Shown here: positions 28,907 through 39,306 of the stretch, piece by piece
Position numbering within the stretch: the first letter of the stretch is position 1
Layout of the letters: each line of letters begins with the position of its first letter
Assembly: GCA_040006915.1 (NCBI GenBank)
Contig: JBDTWD010000004.1
Span: 1,033-65,032 of the forward strand
From: Candidatus Woesebacteria bacterium
GTDB lineage: Bacteria; Patescibacteriota; Microgenomatia; UBA1400; UBA12028
Direction of reading: 5' to 3'
DNA length: 64,000 nt
Translations under genes and position numbers: made by a program
The notes under the pieces: model-generated
Database searches by the model: none
What the model saw: the letters and a program-made list of their open reading frames with translations, nothing else
What the model was told of the DNA's origin: nothing

Positions 28907-29689
28907 ATGATAAAAAAATTATTAGTTCCACTCACATCGTACAAGTTTTTATTATTACAGCTGACTTTACGAGAAATAAAAGCGCGTTATAAGCAATCTT
29001 TCGTTGGATATGCTTGGGTACTTCTCAATCCCCTTGCCCAACTTCTCGTGTATTCATTTGTCTTCTCAATGATTTTTAGGTTTCCTACTAATAATGTCCC
29101 CTATGTCGTTTTCTTATACTCTGGACTACTTCCTTGGACATTGTTTCAAACGTCTATCATTAGTGCGACACAATCACTGGTAGACAACGCATCGTTACTG
29201 AAGAAAATCGCTTTTCCCCGAGAAGTAATTCCCTACTCAGTAGTTTTCGCAAAAATCGTGGATTTTTGTTTCTCAGGATTACTCTTTATTGGTTTGATGC
29301 TCGTTCTTCGAGTTCCGGTCTCTCTGTCAATTATTGCCTTTCTACCTATTTTCATTGTCCAATTACTCTTCACCGCTGGAATTTCACTCATACTATCCAC
29401 ATGTAATTTGTTTTTCCGAGACATTCAACATTTAACTAATTTGCTTCTCATGCTATGGATGTATATGACACCCATAGTCTACCCATTATCGCTTGTGCCA
29501 GAACGTTATGTGTGGCTCTATAAATTAAACCCCATGGTAGGCATCATAGAAGGATATCGAAGCAGTATCTTTGGGTACCCTTTTGAATGGAGTATCATCC
29601 TCTGGGCAAGTGTAGTTTCTATCTTCACTTTTGTTATCGGTTTTCTTTTCTTTAAAAAGATGGAAAAGCATTTTGCGGACATCGCATAA
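28907..29689 (+). CDS. wzm: ABC polysaccharide exporter permease
   Basis: REIKARYKQS..GYAW.LLNPL, FPRE, FRDI, TPIVY and LNP motifs; start moved to ATG 28907. Confidence 0.95.
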   Translation: MIKKLLVPLTSYKFLLLQLTLREIKARYKQSFVGYAWVLLNPLAQLLVYSFVFSMIFRFPTNNVPYVVFLYSGLLPWTLFQTSIISATQSLVDNASLLKKIAFPREVIPYSVVFAKIVDFCFSGLLFIGLMLVLRVPVSLSIIAFLPIFIVQLLFTAGISLILSTCNLFFRDIQHLTNLLLMLWMYMTPIVYPLSLVPERYVWLYKLNPMVGIIEGYRSSIFGYPFEWSIILWASVVSIFTFVIGFLFFKKMEKHFADIA

Positions 29690-29694
29690 AATAT

Positions 29695-30438
29695 ATGAAC
29701 CCTGTCATTGATTTCAAACATGTTTCAAAAGAATATATTATGGGCGATGACCGTACCTTTAAGGAACTCGTCCCAAATATTCTTAAAGGAAAATCTTGGG
29801 CTTCAAAGTATCAAGCTATCGATGATGTGAGTTTTAGAATCACTCAAGGTGAAACTGTTGGCTTTATAGGGAAAAATGGAGCTGGTAAATCGACGATTCT
29901 CAAGCTCATCGCTGGCGTCACGTATCCGACTAAAGGTGAGGTCATCGTCAGCCAACCTGTTGCTCCACTTATTGAGCTTGGGGCAGGATTCCACCACGAG
30001 CTCTCTGGTTTTGAAAATATCTATCTGAATGCTGCAATTCTGGGAATGCATAAAAAAGAGATCGAAAATTGTATTGATAGCATCATAAGCTTCTCAGAAC
30101 TCGAGAAATTCATCCATGCTCCGGTAAAGAGGTATTCATCAGGGATGTACATGCGTCTTGCCTTTTCGATTGCGATTCATGTCAATTCTCCAATACTTCT
30201 CATCGATGAAGTGCTCGCTGTGGGCGACGAGGCATTTCAAAAAAAATGTCTATCTTATTTAGAACAGATGAAGAAGAAACAAGATAAAACAATTATTTTT
30301 GTGAGTCATAACGAGGAGGCCGTAACCGAGTTTTGTGACAGAGCAATACTCCTTGACCGCGGGAAAGTTTTGGCTGACGACACACCAAGGAACACATTTA
30401 TCATCTACCACAAGCTTCCAGATCACTCCAATGCCTAA
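29695..30438 (+). CDS. wzt: ABC polysaccharide exporter ATPase (no C-terminal carbohydrate-binding domain)
   Basis: GKNGAGKST, YSSGM, LIDEVLAVGD and VSH motifs; 247 aa. Confidence 0.96.
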   Translation: MNPVIDFKHVSKEYIMGDDRTFKELVPNILKGKSWASKYQAIDDVSFRITQGETVGFIGKNGAGKSTILKLIAGVTYPTKGEVIVSQPVAPLIELGAGFHHELSGFENIYLNAAILGMHKKEIENCIDSIISFSELEKFIHAPVKRYSSGMYMRLAFSIAIHVNSPILLIDEVLAVGDEAFQKKCLSYLEQMKKKQDKTIIFVSHNEEAVTEFCDRAILLDRGKVLADDTPRNTFIIYHKLPDHSNA

Positions 30439-31294
30439 AAGACTTCCGAAGATTAGTATAGTCACTCCCTCATATAATCAAGGAACGTTTATTGAGCGAA
30501 CGATTTCTAGTGTATTGTCCCAAAAATATCCAAATCTCGAATTTATCATCATGGATGGAAAATCGACCGATCAGACTGTATCGATACTAAAAAAATATTC
30601 CTCAAAATTAATTTGGGAAAGTAAGAAAGATGGTGGTCAAACACAAGCGATCAACGAGGGATTACGCAAATCGACTGGCGAGATACTCGCCTATTTAAAC
30701 AGCGATGATACCTACGCCCCACACACACTCCATACTATCGCTCACTTCTTTCAAACTCATCCCGAAGAACATTTTGTGTATGGGCACGGAAGATTGATCG
30801 ATAGTGATGACAATGAGATCGGCTTTTATAACGATTCAGCGATGACAAATGAATCACTATTCGCTGCTTGTGGTATCAGCCAACCGACGTGTTTCTGGAG
30901 AAGAGACGTTTTAGAAGAATTTGGCTATTTTGATGAATCATATCGGTTCACGATGGACTATGAGTACTGGGTGAGAGTTTCAAAGAAATTTAAACTGCAT
31001 TATTTACCCATAGTTCTTGCTAATTCAAGAATTCATCCAGATGCGAAAACCTCGAGTTTTACACACAAGTTACATTCGGAAGCCCTGCGAGTGAGCTTAA
31101 CTCATTATGGAAGGGTTCATTACGACTGGATTTTTACCTATACAGACAGTGCGTATAGTGGACAAAAAGGATCGAAGGAGTACTATAGGTTTATGCTGAT
31201 ACGCTCACTCGTTAACTATTGGAAATACAATCACTCAATTCCACCTATCGCGGGCAGAAAAATACTCATGGACTGGCTTAAACAAGCAATATAA
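30431..31294 (+). CDS. Glycosyltransferase family 2 (WcaE/WfgS-like)
   Basis: SIVTPSYNQG, DGKSTD, YLNSDD, SQP and MDYEYW motifs; start moved to ATG 30431. Confidence 0.93.
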   Translation: MPKRLPKISIVTPSYNQGTFIERTISSVLSQKYPNLEFIIMDGKSTDQTVSILKKYSSKLIWESKKDGGQTQAINEGLRKSTGEILAYLNSDDTYAPHTLHTIAHFFQTHPEEHFVYGHGRLIDSDDNEIGFYNDSAMTNESLFAACGISQPTCFWRRDVLEEFGYFDESYRFTMDYEYWVRVSKKFKLHYLPIVLANSRIHPDAKTSSFTHKLHSEALRVSLTHYGRVHYDWIFTYTDSAYSGQKGSKEYYRFMLIRSLVNYWKYNHSIPPIAGRKILMDWLKQAI

Positions 31295-31306
31295 ATCGAA
31301 ATTAAC

Positions 31307-32353
31307 ATGGGAACACTTCGTTTTCTACTAGCTCTTTCAGTGATCATTGCACACTCATCTACATTATTCGGCATAAGCATGGTTGGCGGTCCAACAGCTG
31401 TTCAAACTTTTTACATGATATCTGGCTTTTACATGTCTCTTATTCTTGAGAAAAAATACACAGGAATTGGTTCTTATCAAAAGTTTTTGTCCAATCGTTT
31501 CTTACGTATCTTTCCCGTCTACTGGATCATTGCAGCTCTCACTCTCATTTTTTTAAGCTTGACCGGCGGATTAGTCATATGGACTCAAATAGGAGTGCTT
31601 CCATTTCTCTTCTTAAGTTTCGTAAATACATTGATCATCGGACAGGACGTGGTAATGTTTTTAAAATTCACTCCTGATCTTCAAGGCTTTTTACCCACTA
31701 AAAACTTCTGGATAACCTCACCTCCTACACATAATTGGCTCCTTATTCCTCAGGCGTGGAGCATTAGTGTTGAGTTACTCTTCTACGTGGTTGCACCATG
31801 GCTTGTACGAAAGACGACAAGAATACTTGTTGTCCTCGCTTGTTTAAGCCTTATATTGCGCGCCATGCTTTATGCAAAAGGACTAGATTTCGATCCATGG
31901 ACGTATAGATTCTTTCCATTAGAACTTTTTTTCTTTATCACTGGAATTCTGTGCTTTCGCTATTTTAGAAGGATCAAAGAGAGAATTCTTGAAGAAAGGA
32001 CCTGGATATTTTGTTTGACACTTGCATTGGCGGTCGTTTTCTATCAGTTCATTCCGACTATTATTTTTCCTCGGCAAATTCTCTTGTATGCCGCAATTAT
32101 TCTGTCTCTTCCTTTTTTATTTATTTTTACTAATACTCATCGATGGGATCGGAGTTTAGGTGAACTCTCATATCCTGCGTATATTTCTCATTATCTGATT
32201 TTACAGATATTATTTTATTTCCGACATGAGACTCAGGCGACGATTAGTCAAACAACAACACTTCTTTGTATCGTACTCACTTTGCTCGTTTCCGGACTAC
32301 TCGTTCGTTTCGTTTCAAATCCAATTGATAATTTTAGGCAACGGAGAGTTTAA
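31307..32353 (+). CDS. Membrane acyltransferase-3 (OafA-like O-acetyltransferase)
   Basis: LRFLLA.SV..AH, FYMISGF, RFLRIFP, WSISVE..FY and GELSYP motifs. Confidence 0.92.
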   Translation: MGTLRFLLALSVIIAHSSTLFGISMVGGPTAVQTFYMISGFYMSLILEKKYTGIGSYQKFLSNRFLRIFPVYWIIAALTLIFLSLTGGLVIWTQIGVLPFLFLSFVNTLIIGQDVVMFLKFTPDLQGFLPTKNFWITSPPTHNWLLIPQAWSISVELLFYVVAPWLVRKTTRILVVLACLSLILRAMLYAKGLDFDPWTYRFFPLELFFFITGILCFRYFRRIKERILEERTWIFCLTLALAVVFYQFIPTIIFPRQILLYAAIILSLPFLFIFTNTHRWDRSLGELSYPAYISHYLILQILFYFRHETQATISQTTTLLCIVLTLLVSGLLVRFVSNPIDNFRQRRV

Positions 32354-33144
32354 TTACGAGGTTTTTGCATAACAATAAAAGCTTCCCCTGTGTTGTTCTA
32401 AGTCCTGTCATGTGCAAGTACCATGGCATATTCCACTTCTCATAGTCATCTTTGATCCAAGTACTATGAGACAAATGCCTTCACACATCCACTGGAGCTT
32501 TTTCAGAGTGAGGTCACCCACAACTGTGTTCGGAGTTATTTGCATTTTATCAATACGAATATTGAGTTTCATTGCAAGCTTTGAGGCATAATAGAAGATG
32601 ATGGTTGCAGTCCAACTATAATTGACTTGCTCTTCAATAATGATCAGCCCTCCTAACTTTGTCACACGGATTAATTCTTGGATTGCATCCATTTGATTAT
32701 CACGAGTCGTCGCAAGATCCATTGCTACGAGATGATGAATAACATTTCTAACAATCGTAACGTCAAAAATCTCTGAATCAAGACCAGAGTTGATTACTGA
32801 ACCTTGAACAAAATTGATTTTTTGTCTACCTGAGATTTTTTGTATTTTCCTACAAGTTCAATATTCGTAAGTTTCGTTTTAATCTTTGTTTGCACTTCAA
32901 TGTGTTTAAGTACATTGCCACCCCACCGCCAAATTCGCAAATCGACAAACTTTTGAGGTTTTGTTTTTTTGAACCATTTTTGTAAGAAAGGTGTAACTGC
33001 AGAGCACTCTACAAGGGCATTGAGTGTATACTCGGAAATTTGATCCTCAAATTGTTTAAACACAATATCGCTCTCTTGCTTCGTTTTAGTTTTAGCATAT
33101 ATACTTTCTAGTTTCTGGTCCTTTGTATAAGAAATATGTGTCAT
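32350..33144 (-). pseudogene. Frameshifted class I SAM-dependent methyltransferase
   Basis: Segments ICEFGGG, INFVQGSV..FDVTIVRNVIHHL, RVTKLGGLIIIEE and GEAFIVMQKP fall in different reading frames. Confidence 0.8.
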
Positions 33145-33171
33145 GGATGATCTTTATGGCCTTTATCAACT

Positions 33172-34668
33172 TCACTTCCGCATAATTCCTGATCGTAGCA
33201 ATTTCATTGTTTGAGCGTCCAAAACTTCTTGAGTAAATGCAAATAAGGCAAAAATCATTGTATACAGCAGTCCTGTAATACCAATCTGAATAAAACCAAG
33301 TGGCTGAATATGGAATATTTTTACGAGCAAAAAAATTCCCGAAGCAAAAAGTCCCAGCTTCACATAAAAGCCATATGAATACGTCAGCTGGAAAGAATTA
33401 CTAATAATTCGTGTAAAGAGATAGACAGATACTATATAGACAAGAGTATTAGCAATAACAGCCCCTACAACCCCATAGAATGGAATGAAAACGAAGCAAA
33501 GTGTGATATTCAATACCGCTACGTAGATAGAAAGACGGAGACGCTGAGCTGTTTTACCCATTCCACTGAGGATAAGTACAAGGAAATTTGAAAGAGGTGA
33601 CAATATATATCCAAATGAAAAGATGATTAATGGTATTTCTACGAGTCCAATCCACTTATTTCCAAACAGTGTACCCACAATGGAGGTTGCAAACAGCGCA
33701 ATGAATAAACCAAAATAAAGTCCAATAAATGGGACGAGACGTAATATATTTTGTACTAAATGAGCAATTTTTTCTTCTTCTCCCTCCATAAGATGAGATA
33801 TTAAAGGCAAGATAAGTGAATTTATTGGAGTTAGAAATAAACCTGAAAGAGTAGCCAAAGGAAAAACTACATTATAGATTCCAACATCTTTCAAACCATG
33901 AAAATATGTCAAAAAAACTGTATCCGTTGAGCTAATAAACGTATACAAAGAAGTCGTAATTAACGTCGGAACTCCGTACGTGATCATGGTGCGCAGTAGC
34001 GTACTGTTCCATGAAAACTTTTTAAACACAAACGGATAGTTACGAATTACCGCAATATAGTAAAGTATAGTTACAAGGAAAGTACTCATCATCCATGTAG
34101 CAGCGTAGTAGACTACATCCTTGACATCATATAACCAGAAAAAGACGGAAAACATGAGTATGAAAACCAGACGAAGCATATGCATTGATGAATAAAATTT
34201 TTCATCCTGAAGACCAACAAAGAGAGCATTTATGACAGTAAAGACGCTATTAGCAACTAGATATAAGCAAAAAATGGAGATCAGATTAATCGACAACTCA
34301 GACTTGAAGTAATACATTGCGAGCCACTTCGCGTTCAAGAAAAGACCGACGGAGAAAATAATACTCACTGCTACTTCAACGATTTGCGTATACATGAAAA
34401 CTCTAGAAACACTCTCAAAATCTTTTTTCTTTATGAATTTAGGAATGAAATACGAGCAACTCAAGCCCAGGCCAAAATCAAGATAGGTCGAGATGAGAGC
34501 GAAAAACGCTAATGCAGCGTAAAAAAGACCAAACATTTCTATCGACAATGTATTGGAGTAGAGAAGCCTGATGCAATACGCTATCGGCGACCCCAAAAGG
34601 GTAAAAATGAGAACCGTACCGCTTCCTTTCAAAACTTTTTCTGTGAGTGAGTGAGGTTTGCTAGTCAT
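33172..34668 (-). CDS. wzx: Wzx/MOP-family oligosaccharide flippase
   Basis: About 14 TM segments; FGLFY, DFGLG, STD..FL...VGIY and IPFYGVVGA motifs. Confidence 0.9.
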   Translation of the reverse strand: MTSKPHSLTEKVLKGSGTVLIFTLLGSPIAYCIRLLYSNTLSIEMFGLFYAALAFFALISTYLDFGLGLSCSYFIPKFIKKKDFESVSRVFMYTQIVEVAVSIIFSVGLFLNAKWLAMYYFKSELSINLISIFCLYLVANSVFTVINALFVGLQDEKFYSSMHMLRLVFILMFSVFFWLYDVKDVVYYAATWMMSTFLVTILYYIAVIRNYPFVFKKFSWNSTLLRTMITYGVPTLITTSLYTFISSTDTVFLTYFHGLKDVGIYNVVFPLATLSGLFLTPINSLILPLISHLMEGEEEKIAHLVQNILRLVPFIGLYFGLFIALFATSIVGTLFGNKWIGLVEIPLIIFSFGYILSPLSNFLVLILSGMGKTAQRLRLSIYVAVLNITLCFVFIPFYGVVGAVIANTLVYIVSVYLFTRIISNSFQLTYSYGFYVKLGLFASGIFLLVKIFHIQPLGFIQIGITGLLYTMIFALFAFTQEVLDAQTMKLLRSGIMRK

Positions 34669-34688
34669 GGAAAATTAGTATGATACCT

Positions 34689-35411
34689 TCATTGGGGAGA
34701 AGCCACCACAAATAACGTGTACCCATAATCAATTCTGATGGAAAATTCGGTCTGAATTAGAGAAGAAAAAAACTGACGGACCTTACGTCCTATTGGACCA
34801 AGCTCTCCTTTCGTTTTATAGAAGATCTTATCAAGTGCATCAAAAAAGAAGACGATGACATTCGAAAAGAGCGGAGCAATAACAATGCCTCGCTCAAATT
34901 GCGTATCAATTCGAAGGCCAGCCTTTCGTATTTGTGTTAGCAAAGAATTTCGATTCACAGAGAAGTGGGGTAAGAAAAGTCGATAGATATTAAACCAGCT
35001 ATAGAGTATATGATCACCTGTGCAACTGATCAGAAGCTGTCCTTTGGGCTTTAATACCCGTTTTGCTTCCGAGAGCACATGGGCTAAATCTTTTTTTGGA
35101 AGATATTGAACTACCCCAATAAGAAAAATTGCATCAACTTCTCCTTTTTCCCCCAAGGAAGGAAGTTTTTTTCTATTGATCTCACTAAAGTGAATCTTTT
35201 TATTTTTTCCCCACTTTTTTTTCGAGATAGGAATACAAGCCGAATTCACCTCAAAACCAAGATATAGTTCAATTTTGGCTCGATCAAGATATTCAAGCAA
35301 CTCTCCTTCTCCACATCCATAGTCAACAATTACCATTTTTTTGCGAGTGTTTACCTTTAGATACGAAGCTAAGAGTGTGTGGGTAGGTGATTTGAACATT
35401 ATTTGAGCCAT
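34689..35411 (-). CDS. Class I SAM-dependent methyltransferase
   Basis: VDYGCGEG and RVLKPKG motifs; alternative start ATG 35399 (TAATG coupling). Confidence 0.9.
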   Translation of the reverse strand: MAQIMFKSPTHTLLASYLKVNTRKKMVIVDYGCGEGELLEYLDRAKIELYLGFEVNSACIPISKKKWGKNKKIHFSEINRKKLPSLGEKGEVDAIFLIGVVQYLPKKDLAHVLSEAKRVLKPKGQLLISCTGDHILYSWFNIYRLFLPHFSVNRNSLLTQIRKAGLRIDTQFERGIVIAPLFSNVIVFFFDALDKIFYKTKGELGPIGRKVRQFFSSLIQTEFSIRIDYGYTLFVVASPQ

Positions 35412-36280
35412 TTTTTGAATCGCCTTGAATTAGATTCCTTTTGTGACACAGCTAGAAAATTCGAGGTGACGGATGGAACGATCAGCGTATCTATTTTTTC
35501 TACATGTGCTTTTCCTGTGAACCCAAAAAAAGAAAAGTCGTGATGTTTCAATAGTTTAGAAATTTTCTCCACCTTTTCTTCGATATTGGTTACTGATGGA
35601 TTCACCTCAAAAAGGATCATTTGCAGTTTTTTTTGGGCAAACATTTTTTTACAGCCTTCTAAAACTTCTAGTTCAAAACCTTCGACATCAACTTTTAGTA
35701 AGGAAATGTCGGTAAAATTATATTCTTTAGCGAGCGCATCAATTGTAATCGTCGAAACTTTAATAGATTTCCCTTCCCCTTTGCTTGTTTGCAGATGATT
35801 TACTTCAGAGCTTGGCTCAAGAGTAAAGGATGCGTGGCCTACTTTGTTAGTATTTGCTTTTCGTATCGGGATTATTCTTGATTCAAAATTATTGAGACGA
35901 ATGTTGGATAGTAGTTCATCAAAGATAAGCGGAGTTGGTTCACAGGCCAGTATTTTACCTGTCCGTATCTTCGTGGCAGCAAGCAAACTCGAATCCCCTA
36001 TATGTGCTCCAACGTCAATAAAAGTGTCAGTACTTTGCAAATAGGTGTAAATAAATTGTAACTCGGCAAATTCTGGCCATTTCGCATACACAATAAAACT
36101 GCCGTACGAATTGTTGGGATAACAAATAATTTTTACATTGGGCGCAATCTCGATTACGGCAGGGATGTGAAAAAAAAGCTGATTTATTTTCCACCATACA
36201 ATCACACTCAGCGCATGCAATCTGCGCTTTTCGTTCTGTGGATGTGAAAGAATAGTAATAAATGATTTCAATACAGACAT
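35399..36280 (-). CDS. FkbM-family methyltransferase
   Basis: FIDVGAHIG, CEP and LKVDVEGFE motifs; start moved to ATG 36280. Confidence 0.92.
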   Translation of the reverse strand: MSVLKSFITILSHPQNEKRRLHALSVIVWWKINQLFFHIPAVIEIAPNVKIICYPNNSYGSFIVYAKWPEFAELQFIYTYLQSTDTFIDVGAHIGDSSLLAATKIRTGKILACEPTPLIFDELLSNIRLNNFESRIIPIRKANTNKVGHASFTLEPSSEVNHLQTSKGEGKSIKVSTITIDALAKEYNFTDISLLKVDVEGFELEVLEGCKKMFAQKKLQMILFEVNPSVTNIEEKVEKISKLLKHHDFSFFGFTGKAHVEKIDTLIVPSVTSNFLAVSQKESNSRRFKKWLK

Positions 36281-36281
36281 A

Positions 36282-37454
36282 TTATGTAAGCGATAAGGCA
36301 ATCTGCTCTTCAACAACTAACGCATCAATAAAGAATTTAGTTGCCCAATTCAGATATGCGAAACGACAATAACCCGTGTTCTTATGAAGATCTCCATAAA
36401 TTGGATAACTTCCCTTTAATGAGCCTCGTAGGTTCTGGTCGTAGTCTTTCTCTGTCGGTTGCACTGACTTAAGATACTCTATCATCTTCACTGCAGCTTT
36501 CAAAAAGACGAAATCATGTCCGTACTTAAAGAGTTCAAGCCAGACTAATGCTAATTGAGCGTCACCAGTTAAACAGGTATATGAGTTTTCTGATTTCCAA
36601 TTCGAATCAAACGTTCCAGGTAAAAACTCATTTTTCAGATACAAATCCGCTAGAGGTAAGGCTCCTTTTATAGCGATCTGCATATAGTGGTCATCCTGCA
36701 ACAAAAGTCCTGACCATAAAAATCCCTCGATAGCATACGCAATTGTATGTGTATACGGAATGCTCGGATTAGGATGTGGAAGCTGATTTTGTTTAAACCA
36801 GCCATTCGGCTGTTGTTGCTTAGCCGCCCAATCTATATTCTTACGAGCGGCTGTTAAGTATTTTTTCTTCCCTGTTATCTTCCAAACCTCCAAAATGCCC
36901 CAAGCGACGCGTGTATGATACGTATGCTTCATCGAACCATAGGTATATTGTAACCAGCTTCCATCTTTCTCTTGAATAGAAAGCAAAAAATCCGCTGCAA
37001 GAATAGCTGAAGCGCGATATTTTTCTTTCTTTGTAGCTGAAAAAACAGCTGCCATACCCAATAGATCCTGTCCCGTGTTAAAAACTGTTGGCACAGACTC
37101 GACAGCTTTACTGGGAACTGCGGTTCTATATCCACCTAAAGGGTGTTGCATCTTAATAAGGAAATCAGCCATGCGTACGGCGCGATCTTTTAATTTCATT
37201 TTTTTGTACAATCGGTCTGTATCTAAAAACGTATTAATGATGTATCCAGTTGTTTCAATATATGAAGGCTGCCAGCCACTGATAAGTGAATACCACGCAG
37301 ATACCCCATTATCACCGCTTTTATCCTGTGCATGACACAACCATTTAAGACCTTCTTGAATATGGACATCGTTGTTTTGAATTGGATGACTCTTCCCCAA
37401 AAGATCATTCACTGATTCCCTGACAAGTGATCCAAAAGAGATCTGCGTACTCAT
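36282..37454 (-). CDS. Alpha/alpha-toroid protein of unknown function (prenyltransferase/six-hairpin-like)
   Basis: QW-like repeats FLIKMQHPLGG, FLLSIQEKDGSW and QQQPNGWF; SYIETTGY, FNTGQ and NWATKF motifs. Confidence 0.65.
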   Translation of the reverse strand: MSTQISFGSLVRESVNDLLGKSHPIQNNDVHIQEGLKWLCHAQDKSGDNGVSAWYSLISGWQPSYIETTGYIINTFLDTDRLYKKMKLKDRAVRMADFLIKMQHPLGGYRTAVPSKAVESVPTVFNTGQDLLGMAAVFSATKKEKYRASAILAADFLLSIQEKDGSWLQYTYGSMKHTYHTRVAWGILEVWKITGKKKYLTAARKNIDWAAKQQQPNGWFKQNQLPHPNPSIPYTHTIAYAIEGFLWSGLLLQDDHYMQIAIKGALPLADLYLKNEFLPGTFDSNWKSENSYTCLTGDAQLALVWLELFKYGHDFVFLKAAVKMIEYLKSVQPTEKDYDQNLRGSLKGSYPIYGDLHKNTGYCRFAYLNWATKFFIDALVVEEQIALSLT

Positions 37455-38143
37455 ATATTTTTTGACGATAGAACAAAAATAAAATTCCAGTTCGTTTGAT
37501 CGGCAAGCTCATACCCGTTGCTCAGTATTTTTTTTATCATCTCAAGAGTTTTCAGAACTGGGGTCGGTTGATCAAATTCAATTGCAAGAATTGTAGGACG
37601 ACGTCTGCTCTGAAATAACTGAGTGAGTACCTCATATTCAGAGCCCTCAATATCGATCTTTAATAGATCAAGCTTTGTGTGTTGTAGTTTTTTTATAATC
37701 CACTCAAGACTTTTACAATCTGCTAAAAAAAATTCGCTTGTTTGATGCAAGTTTACGATAGAATGGGAGACAAATGATTTTTGTTGAGGAGCGAAAAATT
37801 TCTGACGACTATTCTTTGACCACAGTCCCCATGAAAAGAATAGGATTTTATTTGGAAGCTTTTGTTTTGCAACAAATGTTATGGCTCTTGGTGTCGGATC
37901 AAAAAGAAAGATAGATGGATGACAATATTTCCATAAGCAAAGTTCAAAACTAATATCCTCACCGACTCCAGCACAATAGCAAACTGACGCTTTCGATAGT
38001 AGGCCTGCTGGTACTTTCCATTGTGCTCCAGGGTTTCCAAATTCCAAAAGCTCATATTTGGATCGTTTCGAACCAAACAGTGCGCACTGAACGAATAAGA
38101 GATTGAACCAATAGACGCTCAGGTATTTTAGTGAAGACAACAT
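37451..38143 (-). CDS. FkbM-like methyltransferase
   Basis: AGVGEDISFE, FDPTP and LKIDIEGSE motifs. Confidence 0.88.
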   Translation of the reverse strand: MLSSLKYLSVYWFNLLFVQCALFGSKRSKYELLEFGNPGAQWKVPAGLLSKASVCYCAGVGEDISFELCLWKYCHPSIFLFDPTPRAITFVAKQKLPNKILFFSWGLWSKNSRQKFFAPQQKSFVSHSIVNLHQTSEFFLADCKSLEWIIKKLQHTKLDLLKIDIEGSEYEVLTQLFQSRRRPTILAIEFDQPTPVLKTLEMIKKILSNGYELADQTNWNFIFVLSSKNI

Positions 38144-38145
38144 AT

Positions 38146-39306
38146 TTACTGAATGTATTTTTTTGCTTTACGTTTCCAAGACATTTTTCTTTCTACGAGT
38201 GCTCGACCTCTTTTACCCATTTTCATTCGAAGATCACGATCTTCGTAAAGATACTCAATTTTTTCGACCAAATCAATCACATTACCCTGTTTATACAGCA
38301 GCGCGTTACCATTTGAAAATCTTTCCTTTACCCCGATATTATCATTTGCTATGACAGGAATCCCACAACTGATCGCATCATTCATTGCAAGAGATTCTTG
38401 GAGAGGCCATACTGCTATATCGGCAGAAGAATAAAACTTAGGTAAACTCTTCTGCAGTTGAAAACCGACCATGTGAATTTTCAAACGTTTCAAAACTGGA
38501 ATTACCCGCAAACATTTTTTCTTATACTCTATGGGCCCGTCTCCAACGACAAGTAGATAAATGTCTGAATGAACTTTGAGGAGAAGTTTCACTGCTTCAA
38601 ACAAAAGATCGACTCCCTTTGCAGGGATTATTTTCCCTGTTGTTATGATAACAAAAGCATTTTGAGGAATACGTAACTTCTTTCGTACTTTTTTTCTCTC
38701 GCTCTGACTGTATTTAAAAAGGTCCATATCAGTTCCATGAGATATGACGACGGGGAGTTTCGCAATACCGTATGTTTCTTGAATGACTTCCGATGTCGCT
38801 TCTTGAACGGCAATAAACTTGTCCGTCCGCTGGGAAACTAGGGAGGCAAAGAATGTTCGAAAGATAAAATAAAAAAGAGATTTGAGGAGTTGATTTCCTT
38901 GTTTCAATTCTGATGGTAAATGACTATCTACACAAATCAGGCGCGTTCTTTGTGGCTTGAAATAGGCTGCCTGAACAGCAACCGGCGTACAGGTACCGGA
39001 AACTAAAATAATGTCAGGATTGAAATCACTAATGTTTTTCTGTATTCCAAAAAACAAGGCTCTCGCGGCAAATTCGGCAATCACTTTTTCCCGTAGGATA
39101 GTAACTCCTTTAACTGTGCTCTTTCCCACTGGCTGTATTCTTGATCCAAGGATTTTTCCTACGGTATCAGAGTAATTTGGAAAGGGAAAATATCGATTTC
39201 CCGTAACAATCACAACAGAATGTCCTAGTTTGATTAATGACTGACTAATCTCATTTTCACCGTAATTCATGGGTTGAAAGTAGTTGCATAAATAGAGAAT
39301 CTTCAT
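38146..39306 (-). CDS. Glycosyltransferase family 4
   Basis: HGTD, GKIIPAKG, LLVVGDG and DAISCGIPVI motifs; catalytic E-x7-E motif is atypical. Confidence 0.88.
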   Translation of the reverse strand: MKILYLCNYFQPMNYGENEISQSLIKLGHSVVIVTGNRYFPFPNYSDTVGKILGSRIQPVGKSTVKGVTILREKVIAEFAARALFFGIQKNISDFNPDIILVSGTCTPVAVQAAYFKPQRTRLICVDSHLPSELKQGNQLLKSLFYFIFRTFFASLVSQRTDKFIAVQEATSEVIQETYGIAKLPVVISHGTDMDLFKYSQSERKKVRKKLRIPQNAFVIITTGKIIPAKGVDLLFEAVKLLLKVHSDIYLLVVGDGPIEYKKKCLRVIPVLKRLKIHMVGFQLQKSLPKFYSSADIAVWPLQESLAMNDAISCGIPVIANDNIGVKERFSNGNALLYKQGNVIDLVEKIEYLYEDRDLRMKMGKRGRALVERKMSWKRKAKKYIQ

